From: an uncultured Gammaproteobacteria bacterium
Lineage (GTDB): Bacteria > Pseudomonadota > Gammaproteobacteria > Ga0077536
Assembly: GCA_963976285.1 (NCBI GenBank)
Contig: CAXBJY010000008.1
Coordinates: forward strand, 14,414 to 78,413
DNA: 64,000 nt
Reading direction: 5' to 3'
Made by a program: the position numbers and the translations under genes. This document shows, piece after piece, positions 54,595-63,355 of the stretch. Position 1 is the stretch's first letter. Every line of letters begins with the position of its first letter. The notes beneath the pieces are model-generated. The model did no database searches. It was not told the origin of the DNA and worked only from the letters and a program-made list of their open reading frames with translations.

Positions 54595-56733
54595 TCACCC
54601 TGCGGGCTCGGCCTGCAGGCGCACGAGTTCAGCGTAATAACCGTCCCGCGACACGAGCTCCGCGTGACTGCCGCACTCGACGATACGACCGTCGTCGATC
54701 ACGATGATCCGGTTCGCGGCGCGCACGCTGCTGAGGCGGTGCGCGATCAGGAACACGGTGCGACCGCCGCAGATCCGGCGCAGGTTACGCCGGATCACGG
54801 CTTCCGATTCGACGTCGAGCGCACTCGTCGCTTCGTCGAAAATGAGGATCCGCGGATCCGTGATCAGCGCCCGCGCGATCGCGATCCGCTGGCGTTGTCC
54901 GCCGGAGAGATTGCTGCCCTGTTCGCCGACGATCGTGTCGTAACCGGCCGGCAGATCGAGAATGAAGTCGTGGGCGCCGGCGAGTTCCGCCACGTGCATG
55001 ATCCGTTCGAGCGGCAGGGTCGGATCCGTGATCGCGATATTCTCGCGCACGCTGCGGTTGAACAGCCGGTTCTCCTGCAGCACCACCCCGATGCGACGGC
55101 GCAACCACGCGCTGTCGACGAGCGCGAGATCGATCCCGTCCACGAGCACACGCCCCGCGCCCGGTACGTACAGGCGCTGGATCAGTTTCGCGAACGAACT
55201 CTTGCCCGAGCCCGAACGGCCGACGATGCCGATCATCTCGCCCGGCGCGACATCGAGCGTGATGTCGCGCAACACGTCCGGCCCGTCCGGGCGATAGCGG
55301 AACGTGACCGCCTCGAACGTCACCCGCCCGCGAACGTCCGGCAGCGAAGCGCGGCTCGACACGGCGGCGGGTTCCGCGGGCGCGTTCAGAATGTCGCCGA
55401 GGCGACGCAATGAAATCGCCGCTTGCTGGAAGTCCTGCCACAACTGCACGAGGCGCAGGATCGGTCCGGACACGCGCGCCGCGATCATATTGAACGCGAC
55501 GAGTTGACCCACCGTAAGCGCGCCGTCGATCACGAGCCGCGCGCCGAACCACAGGATCCCGAGGATCATCAGCTTGTTGGTCAAACCCGCGATCTGGGCC
55601 GCCACGTTCGACAGGTTCGTCGCGCGGAAACTCGCGCCCACGTAGGCCGCGAGGCGTTCTTCGAAGCGCCGTTGCGTGGCCGGCTCGATCGCGCCGGCCT
55701 TCAGCGTTTCGATGCCGCTGACGGCTTCGACGAGATAGGCCTGGTTGTCGGCCCCGCGATCGAATTTCTCGTTCAGCCGATGACGCAACACCGGGGTCAC
55801 GAACAGCGCGAGCGCGATGTAGCACGGCAACGTGGCCACAACGACGATGGTCAACATCGGGCTGTAGGCGAACAACACGGCGAAGAACACGAGCGTGAAC
55901 GTGACATCAACAATGAGCGTGAGCGCGGAACCGGTGATGAAATTGCGCAACGTTTCGAGTTCGCGCACCCGCGCGACGACATCGCCCACCCGGCGCGCCT
56001 CGAAATACGCGAGCGGCAGGCGCAACAAGTGCCGGAACAGCTCGGCCCCGAGCGCGACGTCGATCCGGTTCGCCGTGTGCGAGAACACGTACGCGCGCAA
56101 CCCGCCGAGCCCGGCATCGAACAGCGACACGACGAGCAGCCCGAACGCGAGCAGATCGAGCGTGGTGAGACTGCGGTGCACGAGTACCTTGTCGACGACG
56201 ACCTGGAAGAACAGCGGCGTGACGAGCGCGAACAACTGCAGAAAGAACGACGCGAGCAGCACTTCCGAAAAATAGCGCCGGTACTTCAGGATAAACGGCG
56301 CGAACCAGGCGAGGTTGAACTCGCGCCGCCCGCTGGCTATCCCGGCGCGGCGGGTGAGCAGGATCAGCTCACCGTTCCACTGCGACTCGAACTCGGATTT
56401 CGAGATCTCCCGCGGCGCCGGATCGCACGGATCCCGGATCAGCAACCTGTCGCCGCCGATCGCCGCGAGCGCAACGAAGCGATCGTCGTCCAGGCCAACG
56501 ATGCACGGACACACCGCGTCGTGGAGACGCCGGCGGGCCGCACGCATCCGGCGCGAGCGCAAGCCGAGCCAGCGCGCCGCGCGCACGATGTCGGCACTTG
56601 TGAAGCAGCGATCATGCGCGGCGAACTCGTGCTTCAGTTCATGCGGATTCGCGCGCACTTCGAGGAAACGCGCGATCAGCACGAGACTCATCAATCCGGT
56701 ATCCGCATCCTGCGGAGTTGCGTGTGCCTCCAT
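54595..56733 (-). CDS. type I secretion system permease/ATPase (HlyB-like) with N-terminal C39-like domain lacking the catalytic Cys (CLD type)
   Basis: Met 45 of track ORF (MEAHATPQDADTGLMSLVLIARF…). Six-TM ABC exporter core; Walker A GRSGSGKSS, signature LSGGQRQRIAIARAL, Walker B ILIFDEATSALD. Confidence 0.8.
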   Translation of the reverse strand: MEAHATPQDADTGLMSLVLIARFLEVRANPHELKHEFAAHDRCFTSADIVRAARWLGLRSRRMRAARRRLHDAVCPCIVGLDDDRFVALAAIGGDRLLIRDPCDPAPREISKSEFESQWNGELILLTRRAGIASGRREFNLAWFAPFILKYRRYFSEVLLASFFLQLFALVTPLFFQVVVDKVLVHRSLTTLDLLAFGLLVVSLFDAGLGGLRAYVFSHTANRIDVALGAELFRHLLRLPLAYFEARRVGDVVARVRELETLRNFITGSALTLIVDVTFTLVFFAVLFAYSPMLTIVVVATLPCYIALALFVTPVLRHRLNEKFDRGADNQAYLVEAVSGIETLKAGAIEPATQRRFEERLAAYVGASFRATNLSNVAAQIAGLTNKLMILGILWFGARLVIDGALTVGQLVAFNMIAARVSGPILRLVQLWQDFQQAAISLRRLGDILNAPAEPAAVSSRASLPDVRGRVTFEAVTFRYRPDGPDVLRDITLDVAPGEMIGIVGRSGSGKSSFAKLIQRLYVPGAGRVLVDGIDLALVDSAWLRRRIGVVLQENRLFNRSVRENIAITDPTLPLERIMHVAELAGAHDFILDLPAGYDTIVGEQGSNLSGGQRQRIAIARALITDPRILIFDEATSALDVESEAVIRRNLRRICGGRTVFLIAHRLSSVRAANRIIVIDDGRIVECGSHAELVSRDGYYAELVRLQAEPAG

Positions 56734-57136
56734 GGCCGATCCGTGATCCTTGCGTGCTGTTTGCAACGGGCGATCGTTGCGTGATCGCGCGCAACCCGCG
56801 TTCGAGCGGGCTGCAGCTTGCGTGGGATTGAATCTAGCGCGCCCCGTTGCGCGACGCCCAGACACGAGGACGCGTAATGATCGATGCGCGAAGCACGGTA
56901 ATTAACTGAACACCCGACGGAATCACCCGGGCTCCCGTCGCGCCGGTACTGCCGCGCCGAACGCACAAGGACCAATTCCCGGCACCGGCCGTCGCAAACC
57001 CGCGCGCAATGATTGCCAGCGGGACCCGCACCGCCGTTCGCGGCACCCGGCAACCCGACGCGGCCAAACCGGCGCCCGTAGTTCCCGTAACACAAATTTT
57101 GTATGCTGCCAGCCCCATTCGCATTGAGGCGAACCG

Positions 57137-57688
57137 ATGCTGGAAATCGATTTTTCCGGTCCCTGGGCGTTGCTGCCAAACGCCGACAACGTGCCCTACC
57201 TGCTGGCAGCACCCGCGGCGTGGGGGCCCGGTATCTACCTGTGGACGTTTCTGTTCAACCAGGCGCACCGGATGAACCGGATCGAAGCCGTGGGGGACAG
57301 CATCGCGGCGCGACACGAGGAAACCCTCGCCGCATTTCTCGCCGGCAAACGCACCGTGTATCGCGCCGCCGAACTCGACGCGGGCACGTTGATCCCGGCG
57401 TATTCCCCGACGGACGATCGCGACGCGTTCATCGCGGCCTACCCCGATGTTATGCATCACGTCTCGAGCCTGCGCGTGTTCTACGCGCCGTACGACGGCG
57501 ACGATGCAATGCGCGAACGGATCGCCATCGCACTCACGGCGCACTTCCATCGCCTCGGCGGCAAAGCCATCGCGTGGCTGGAGAACGAACCGGTAAGTTA
57601 CGATGCAAACGCTGACGCAAACCCGATAACGCTGCGCATCGGCAGACCCGCCTTCGTCGCCAGCCTGCCGGACGAAATGCACCTGTAA
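57137..57688 (+). CDS. hypothetical protein (183 aa)
   Basis: Coding-like high-GC ORF (MLEIDFSGPWALLPNADNVPYLLAAPAAWGPGIYLWTF…); no recognised motif. Confidence 0.45.
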   Translation: MLEIDFSGPWALLPNADNVPYLLAAPAAWGPGIYLWTFLFNQAHRMNRIEAVGDSIAARHEETLAAFLAGKRTVYRAAELDAGTLIPAYSPTDDRDAFIAAYPDVMHHVSSLRVFYAPYDGDDAMRERIAIALTAHFHRLGGKAIAWLENEPVSYDANADANPITLRIGRPAFVASLPDEMHL

Positions 57689-57772
57689 TATGCGGCAACG
57701 ACAATGCGCGCGTTCGCCACGCTGCGCGATAGTGATGAATCAACACGGGGAACGGCGCCTGTGATCCGCCTC

Positions 57773-58183
57773 ATGATCCTGGCGCTCACCCTGACATCCC
57801 TGGTCGGCTGCACCAGCCCCCCGAACCCACAGCTGAACGCGTTCACCACGGACGGCTGCAGCAGCTTCCCCAACGGCACCCGCGATAACAAAACCCTGTG
57901 GCTGCACTGCTGCACGGCACACGACGTCGCCTATTGGCAGGGCGGCACGCGCGAAGAACGTCGCGCGGCGGATTTCGCGCTGCGTGAATGTGTGGGCGCG
58001 ACCGGCGAGACGACGATTGCGAACCTGATGCTGGCGGGGGTGTGGATCGGTGGGTCGCCGTATTTGCCGACGTCGTTTCGGTGGGGGTATGGGTGGCCGT
58101 ATCCGCGGGGGTATGGGGCGTTGGATGGGGAGGCGCGGGGGATGGTGGTGGAGTTGTTGGAGGCGTATCGGCGTAGTCGGTGA
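57773..58183 (+). CDS. hypothetical lipoprotein with Gly/aromatic-rich C-terminus
   Basis: Met 24 of track ORF 57704..58183. MILALTLTSLVGC lipobox; …CSSFPNGTRDNKTLWLHCCTAHD…. Last host-composition gene before the low-GC island. Confidence 0.5.
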   Translation: MILALTLTSLVGCTSPPNPQLNAFTTDGCSSFPNGTRDNKTLWLHCCTAHDVAYWQGGTREERRAADFALRECVGATGETTIANLMLAGVWIGGSPYLPTSFRWGYGWPYPRGYGALDGEARGMVVELLEAYRRSR

Positions 58184-58604
58184 CTCGGTTTACTTTCGTT
58201 GCGGGTGCTGCGAATTGGGACGATACGGATAGGCGCGGCGCGCCTGCATGCGGCGCTCGGCTTCGTTGAGCAAACTGCGGAGATACTTGCAGACGAAACC
58301 GCTCTGTGGGGCGGCTTTCATGAGCCGGGTTTTATCAGATGCTTGTTACCGGACTATGGATTAACGCGACGCAACAGCATCCCGCTGATCCCCTCCGAAG
58401 CTTCCCGAAACGCTGCATTGCAATATTTTCTGGCTCTTCAACTGCGACTTCTTGCAGATGAGAAATCCTGCTATCTTCTGTGCCAGTAGCGTTCCGGGAT
58501 TGACGTGATATGCAGATTCTACATAGAGCAGCAGTACGTCGTTCTGCGTATTTCGAGTATGCGTAATTTCTCTAAACCGCTGTTAGGCGGTAGGAGCAGA
58601 AGTA

Positions 58605-58844
58605 TTGTCGCGTAATAATCGTTACCTCCCGATACTAATGGGCTTTGGATCTTTTGCGCTGGCCATATGGCTTGCTATGGGTCATGTATCGTGGTGGAAA
58701 GCTATTCTCGGCGCCCTACTGCTTATGTTTGGTTGGGGTTCATTAAGAACGGGAATTAGCGCTTCGGATGAGGAAATTGAAGAATTGACCTCGCCGAAAC
58801 CTTTATCTGAAAGTACGAGGAAAAAATTCGAAGAACGATTTTGA
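58605..58844 (+). CDS. small membrane protein (79 aa, 2 predicted TM helices, charged C-terminal tail)
   Basis: TTG start with AGGAG SD 8 nt upstream (internal ATG at 58638 lacks SD). MSRNNRYLPILMGFGSFALAIWLAMGHVSWWKAILGALLLMFGWGSL…. Confidence 0.5.
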   Translation: MSRNNRYLPILMGFGSFALAIWLAMGHVSWWKAILGALLLMFGWGSLRTGISASDEEIEELTSPKPLSESTRKKFEERF

Positions 58845-58860
58845 AACGAATGCAGCAGAG

Positions 58861-59151
58861 ATGAATCCAGCATTATTGATAACAGCGGCCGGCCCTATTC
58901 TTGGGGCAATCGGTCTGTATGGGGGAATCGACTGGCTATTTTGGTCAGGAATAGTCATAGCACTACTAGCGTTGTTTCTGAATTTGGCTTCCGGAATATT
59001 GAAAGCACCTGTACTGCCCGGACTGTGCGTAGTCGTGGGTGCGGCGGCGATAACCCCCTGGTATCACGGTGCCGGAGTCGGGCTTCTAGTTTGGACGGCG
59101 TTGGAAACCGCCGGAGAAATTGTGGGCCTTCGCAAAGAAGGCAGACTATAA
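58861..59151 (+). CDS. small membrane protein (96 aa, 3 predicted TM helices)
   Basis: MNPALLITAAGPILGAIGLYGGIDWLFWSGIVIALLALFLNLASGIL…; 16-nt gap from the upstream small TM gene (same cassette). Confidence 0.5.
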   Translation: MNPALLITAAGPILGAIGLYGGIDWLFWSGIVIALLALFLNLASGILKAPVLPGLCVVVGAAAITPWYHGAGVGLLVWTALETAGEIVGLRKEGRL

Positions 59152-59158
59152 ACGTGCC

Positions 59159-59268
59159 GCCTAAAAAACGCTGCAGTCCAACCCATTACAGTGCGCTTTT
59201 CCAGCGTACCTTCGGATTTTCCCGCTTCCAAAGCGCACTGCAACGGGCTGCATCGCGCGGCGTTAGAT
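59159..59268. repeat. attC-like imperfect palindromic element 1 (GCCTAAA…CAGTGCGCTTT…AAAGCGCACTG…GTTAGAT)
   Basis: Perfect 11-bp core inverted repeat 59189-59199/59230-59240. Outer arms GCCTAAAAAACGCTGCAG vs CTGCATCGCGCGGCGTTAGAT also partly complementary; ends in the GTTAGAT core 14 nt before the next ATG. Confidence 0.45.
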
Positions 59269-59281
59269 TACGCGCACACCT

Positions 59282-61042
59282 ATGATTCTGCCTGACGTGA
59301 CACGCGTCCTTGAATCCTTTACGGCGTCGGGCGAAGCTGAGGCTATCTCTATAACAGGCGATTGGGGCGTAGGGAAAACGTACTACTGGAGGTCATTCGT
59401 TGGTAGCTTGAGTCAAAGAAACGACCTTCAATTCACAAAGTATTCGTATGTATCTTTATTCGGGCTGTCATCCCTGCCCGAAGTACGTGACGCGATATTT
59501 GACAATGCAGTTCCTTCCGAAGAGATTTCGGCTGAGCCGTCGCTCTCTTCTTTCTTCGGAAATCTAGCTGCGATTACCGATTCCGGAGGCGCGCTTTTCG
59601 CAATCAAGGGCGTTTTCTCAAGAGCTCGGAAGCACTTAGGAACTATAGAGAAGGTGCCCGCAATTAGCAGGGTTTCTCCATTTCTACGAGCCGCGTCCTA
59701 CTTCGCCATATCGAACTATTTGGTCTGCCTAGATGATGTTGAACGCAAAGGTGAAGGTCTCTCCGGCCGCGACCTCTATGGATTAATTTCCCACCTTAAA
59801 GAGCGGCGGAATTGCAAGGTTGTGATAATCCTAAATTCCGATTCACTAGATGAATCGGAGCGTAGCGAGTATGACCAGTTTCGGGAAAAAGTATTTGATA
59901 TCGAGATGTCGTTCCGTCCTACCAAAGCAGACTGCATCAGCTTGGTTTTTGGAGATGGCTCAGATGTATCGGTGAAAGCCATCCGCTACTGCGGCGAACT
60001 TGGAATTAACAACATTCGGGTCCTGAAACGGATCCATCGAAATTTGAACTATCTGCTCCCGTTCACGGAAGGTCTAGACCCCCTACTAGAAGAACAGATC
60101 TTCCATTCAACGGTGTTACTAACATGGAGTTACAACAGCCGACAAGCCGACGCACCGGATTACGATTTCGTGAAGAAACTTGGCGTTGCGGATATGTTTT
60201 CGCTAGACGTCGAAACAACCGAGGACGACACCGAAGAAAAGGAATGGCGAGACCGACTTTGGAACTACAAATACACGTCATCGGATGAGATTGATTTAGA
60301 AATCTGTAGATTCCTCGAAAATGGGTACTTAGATAGCGATCTGTTTCGCACCGTGCTTAACCAAAAAAACAAAGAACTTACCCAGACTCATACCAGGAAT
60401 AAGTTTGAGGCGGCATGGCGTTTATTTCACGATTCGTTTAATGATAATGAAGCGGAGTTTATTGAAGAGCTGTCGAGGGCGTTTCATGAAAGCGCGAGAT
60501 GGATTAGCCGCGCTAATGTCGACGCCGCCGTCCGGATATTGCGCGACCTAGACCGATCTGAGCTAGCAGACAAATTCATCGCCCATTGGATCGACGTGCA
60601 ATCTAGAGAAAACGCCTCATCTCTAACAGCAGAGCCAGATCATTTTGATCGGGAAATAAGAGACGAATCGTTGCGTGTCGCGATCGAGAACGCTGCCGAT
60701 CAAAACATGCCGATCCCGACTCTCGATGAGATTGTTCCTAGGATTGCCGGTAATGAAGGTTGGGGACAAAAAGATGAGGAGTTCTTGTCAACTGCGTCCG
60801 TTGACGATTTCTACTATTACTTCAAAAGGACAGAAGATCGAAATCTGACGACTTACGTAAGGACATGTCTGAAATTTGGCCAGTTCCTCAATCCAACTGG
60901 GCCGATGCGAACAATATCGGGGAAAGCGATAGAAGCGCTCAGGCGGATAGAAAGTGAATCCAAGCTCAATGAACTGCGCATTCGTAAATTCGGGTTAGGC
61001 ACCAAACCGGATGACGCCCGCGTCGACAAACAATTGGATTAA
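59282..61042 (+). CDS. KAP-family P-loop NTPase (586 aa)
   Basis: N-terminal Walker A ITGDWGVGKTYYW and Walker B LVCLDDVER, characteristic of KAP NTPases; large helical C-terminal region. Confidence 0.65.
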   Translation: MILPDVTRVLESFTASGEAEAISITGDWGVGKTYYWRSFVGSLSQRNDLQFTKYSYVSLFGLSSLPEVRDAIFDNAVPSEEISAEPSLSSFFGNLAAITDSGGALFAIKGVFSRARKHLGTIEKVPAISRVSPFLRAASYFAISNYLVCLDDVERKGEGLSGRDLYGLISHLKERRNCKVVIILNSDSLDESERSEYDQFREKVFDIEMSFRPTKADCISLVFGDGSDVSVKAIRYCGELGINNIRVLKRIHRNLNYLLPFTEGLDPLLEEQIFHSTVLLTWSYNSRQADAPDYDFVKKLGVADMFSLDVETTEDDTEEKEWRDRLWNYKYTSSDEIDLEICRFLENGYLDSDLFRTVLNQKNKELTQTHTRNKFEAAWRLFHDSFNDNEAEFIEELSRAFHESARWISRANVDAAVRILRDLDRSELADKFIAHWIDVQSRENASSLTAEPDHFDREIRDESLRVAIENAADQNMPIPTLDEIVPRIAGNEGWGQKDEEFLSTASVDDFYYYFKRTEDRNLTTYVRTCLKFGQFLNPTGPMRTISGKAIEALRRIESESKLNELRIRKFGLGTKPDDARVDKQLD

Positions 61043-61134
61043 GCGGTCGTGTTTCAGCGCGCTTCCTTCCGCCGGATCCGCATTTTCACCTACACGAAAC
61101 GCGCTGAAACACGCCGATTATCCAAGCGTTAAGT
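61028..61134. repeat. attC-like imperfect palindromic element 2 (arms TTGGATTAAGCGGTCGTGTTTCAGCGCGC / GCGCGCTGAAACACGCCGATTATCCAAGC, ending in GTTAAGT)
   Basis: Perfect 14-bp core inverted repeat 61048-61061/61100-61113 extending to ~28 bp with bulges. Left arm overlaps the KAP gene stop codon. Inner GCGGATCCGC palindrome. GTTAAGT core at 61128-61134. Confidence 0.5.
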
Positions 61135-61152
61135 TTCTTTTGAGATTGAAAT

Positions 61153-62250
61153 ATGCGAGTTCTAGTTTTTGACACGAACGCCTTTGTCCAAGACTTGGGG
61201 CTAGAGGGTCATGCATTTCAGCTGCTGCTCTTGCATTTAAATGTCGTGACTGACCTAGTCGCGTTTCCGATTGTGGTACTACAAGAAACCTCGAATAAGT
61301 ATGAGGAGTTCCTGCGCAAGGTCGTCTCTGATGCGAAGAAAGCGTCTGAGCGATTCGAAAGACTTACTGGAACGGCACTAGAGCCGCCCGACCCAAGAAT
61401 AGTTGTTGAATCTATTTCTCAGTACCGCGCAAAGCTCATGTCGAAGTTTGGCGGCCTCGCTGAAGCATTCCCCTATCCGTCTATAGATCACGAATCTGTC
61501 GTTCAAAGGGCCATCCTTCGAAGGCGTCCTTTTCAAGATTCCGGGGCCGGGTACAGAGACACGATAATCTGGGAGTCGATTCTAGAAATTGCCGACAAGC
61601 CGGACATCGATTCCATTATTTTTATTACTAACAATTCGAAAGACTTCCTGGCCGAAGACCGGCTGGCACCAGACCTTATAGAAGACTTGAGAGAGCGGGG
61701 GCACCCAGACTCCTTAATTCGCACTTACGGGACGGTGAAAGCCCTCGTTGATGCTGAGATCCTGCCAAGCATCGAACAATTTAGTGAAGTAGCAACGCTC
61801 ATAGAAGAACGCAATATTCCCGGCATTGATTTCGACGCTTGGTTGCAAGATGCCTTGTTCGATTGCGTGCCGGCGGCCGATGCAGCGCGGGCGATAGCAG
61901 GGATAGCCCCCGGTGATGCCGATACAGAGCTATCTGAAATCTATGAAATCAAAGAATTCAAGGTAGAGCATGGCTATCCGCTCCCAAACGACGAGCACTA
62001 TCTAATTGTGTCCGTATTCGCAGGCGTTGGCGTGAACGTTTGCGCCAGCTGGGTGCAATACGGTGATTCGCTCGCGGTCACCGAATTGTTTGACTGTGAG
62101 GGAACGGGCCAACCAGCGCCTTACGCGTGTGTATATGCCGGAGAAGTTATTTGGATCACTTTATCCCTCGTGGTTCATTCATTAGTTCCGTTTACCTGGT
62201 CTGTTGAAATCATTTCCGTTGAGTCGACAGGAAGCGAGTCGGAAACCTAA
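61153..62250 (+). CDS. PIN-like nuclease domain protein with ~185-aa C-terminal domain of unknown function (365 aa)
   Basis: MRVLVFDTNAFVQD (first PIN acidic residue), …VVLQETSNKY… (Glu), …IIFITNNSKDF… (distal Asp pair) within the first ~180 aa. Confidence 0.55.
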   Translation: MRVLVFDTNAFVQDLGLEGHAFQLLLLHLNVVTDLVAFPIVVLQETSNKYEEFLRKVVSDAKKASERFERLTGTALEPPDPRIVVESISQYRAKLMSKFGGLAEAFPYPSIDHESVVQRAILRRRPFQDSGAGYRDTIIWESILEIADKPDIDSIIFITNNSKDFLAEDRLAPDLIEDLRERGHPDSLIRTYGTVKALVDAEILPSIEQFSEVATLIEERNIPGIDFDAWLQDALFDCVPAADAARAIAGIAPGDADTELSEIYEIKEFKVEHGYPLPNDEHYLIVSVFAGVGVNVCASWVQYGDSLAVTELFDCEGTGQPAPYACVYAGEVIWITLSLVVHSLVPFTWSVEIISVESTGSESET

Positions 62251-62261
62251 TAAATGGCTCA

Positions 62262-62343
62262 ATATGCCGCGTTACAGCGCGCTTCCCTCAGGCGGATCCG
62301 TATTTTCGCCTCCCCAAAGCGCGCCGAAATACGCAGGTTATCT
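62262..62343. repeat. attC-like imperfect palindromic element 3 (…CGCGTTACAGCGCGCTTCCCTCAGGCGGATCCGTATTTTCGCC…GCGCGCCGAAATACGCAG-GTTATCT)
   Basis: About 75% identical to element 2 over the central region (CAGCGCGCTTCC…GGCGGATCCG…ATTTTC…GCGCGC…GAAA). Ends with GTTATCT (imperfect core) 15 nt before the next start. Confidence 0.45.
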
Positions 62344-62357
62344 GAGCCTTAGAACTC

Positions 62358-63134
62358 TTGGCGGAAATTATGGCGCAATCAAACCGGAAGCAATACGGCG
62401 AAGCACAGAACGTCGCGCTGACTTCACAGGTCGGCGGCGTTTGCCCGCGCTGCGACGAGCCGCTTTTCTACAAGAAAATGGGCAAAAGTTTTAAAGCGTA
62501 TGAGGTAGCGCACATCTACCCCCTAAACCCCACCCCCGAAGAAATCGAACACCTTAAGGACGAGCCTAGACTTAGCCAAGACGTGAATGATGAAGATAAC
62601 CTGATTCCTCTCTGCAAGAGCTGTCATGGCAAGTTCGATAAGCCTCGGACAGCTGAAGAGTATCGGCAACTCGTCGAACTCAAGAAGCGCTACATCGCGC
62701 GTTCAGGCCAAGAGATATTGTGGTCTTCGCATCATCTTGAGTCTGAGATCCGCAGTGTCATCGAGGCGCTTTATGAGGAACACTTCATCGGGGCTTCAAC
62801 CGCTGTAATTGAGTACGAGCCAGCTACAATCGATGAAAAGGTCGATGACTCGATAACGAGACCTACCGTCCGAAAGATCAAGAATAACGTCAGTGATTAC
62901 TTCACGTTAATCAAGACTCATTTTTCTGAAATTGACAAGACCAATCCGAATTTTTCAGACATAGTGTCGCTACAGGTCAAGACATACTTTCTGAAGCAGC
63001 AACAGTTGGGGGTAGATAAACAAGCGATCTTTGACAATTTAGTTTCCTGGGTGCGTGTAAAAACTAAACCCCGAAGTATTGATGCTGCCGAGATATTGGT
63101 TTCGTTTTTCATCCAGAATTGCGAGGTGTTTTGA
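62358..63134 (+). CDS. HNH-family nuclease domain protein (258 aa) with C-terminal helical domain
   Basis: TTG start (internal ATG at 62370). CPRCDEP…AHIYPLNP…NLIPLCKSCHGKFDK = CxxC…H…N…CxxCH HNH zinc-finger nuclease signature. Confidence 0.65.
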   Translation: MAEIMAQSNRKQYGEAQNVALTSQVGGVCPRCDEPLFYKKMGKSFKAYEVAHIYPLNPTPEEIEHLKDEPRLSQDVNDEDNLIPLCKSCHGKFDKPRTAEEYRQLVELKKRYIARSGQEILWSSHHLESEIRSVIEALYEEHFIGASTAVIEYEPATIDEKVDDSITRPTVRKIKNNVSDYFTLIKTHFSEIDKTNPNFSDIVSLQVKTYFLKQQQLGVDKQAIFDNLVSWVRVKTKPRSIDAAEILVSFFIQNCEVF

Positions 63135-63355
63135 TGATTGTTCCCACCAAGTTCACCTCCCTAGACAAGAGCGCCTTAGGCAAATCACCAATCGTGTTGC
63201 AAGCTTTCGATCGTCCGGTTTCGGCTCACAGCTTATACAAACTCGTAGACCGCCAATTCGAGGACGTTGGCGAATTCTTGTTTACGCTTGATGTTCTGTA
63301 TGTCCTGGGATCGATTCGCCTCGACACAGCTACAGGGATGGTAGAAAAATGCTGA
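63134..63355 (+). CDS. 73-aa hypothetical protein, translationally coupled between the HNH and ATPase genes
   Basis: ATG overlaps the TGA of the HNH gene (TGATG). Its own stop overlaps the ATPase start by 7 nt. MIVPTKFTSLDKSALGKSPIVLQAFDRPVSAHSLYKLVDRQFEDVGEFLFTLDVLYVLGSIRLDTATGMVEKC. Confidence 0.45.
   Translation: MIVPTKFTSLDKSALGKSPIVLQAFDRPVSAHSLYKLVDRQFEDVGEFLFTLDVLYVLGSIRLDTATGMVEKC

Noticed and set aside
58199-58489. 96-aa + strand ORF and a 43-aa minus-strand ORF (MKAAPQSGFVCKYLRSLLNEAERRMQARRAYPYRPNSQHPQRK, about 58199-58330) in the junction before the island; considered as an integrase/transposase remnant
   Set aside because: No tyrosine-recombinase or transposase motifs, no SD, and the two overlap each other. 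Treated as non-coding junction DNA. A degraded gene fragment cannot be excluded.
58184-58604. Searched the host/island junction for a tRNA gene or attI-like site
   Set aside because: No cloverleaf-compatible sequence or GGTTCGAATCC-type T-arm found. Only a GTTAGGC core and partial copies of the island palindrome arms (for example CGTATTTCG matching the CGAAATACG arm of element 3).
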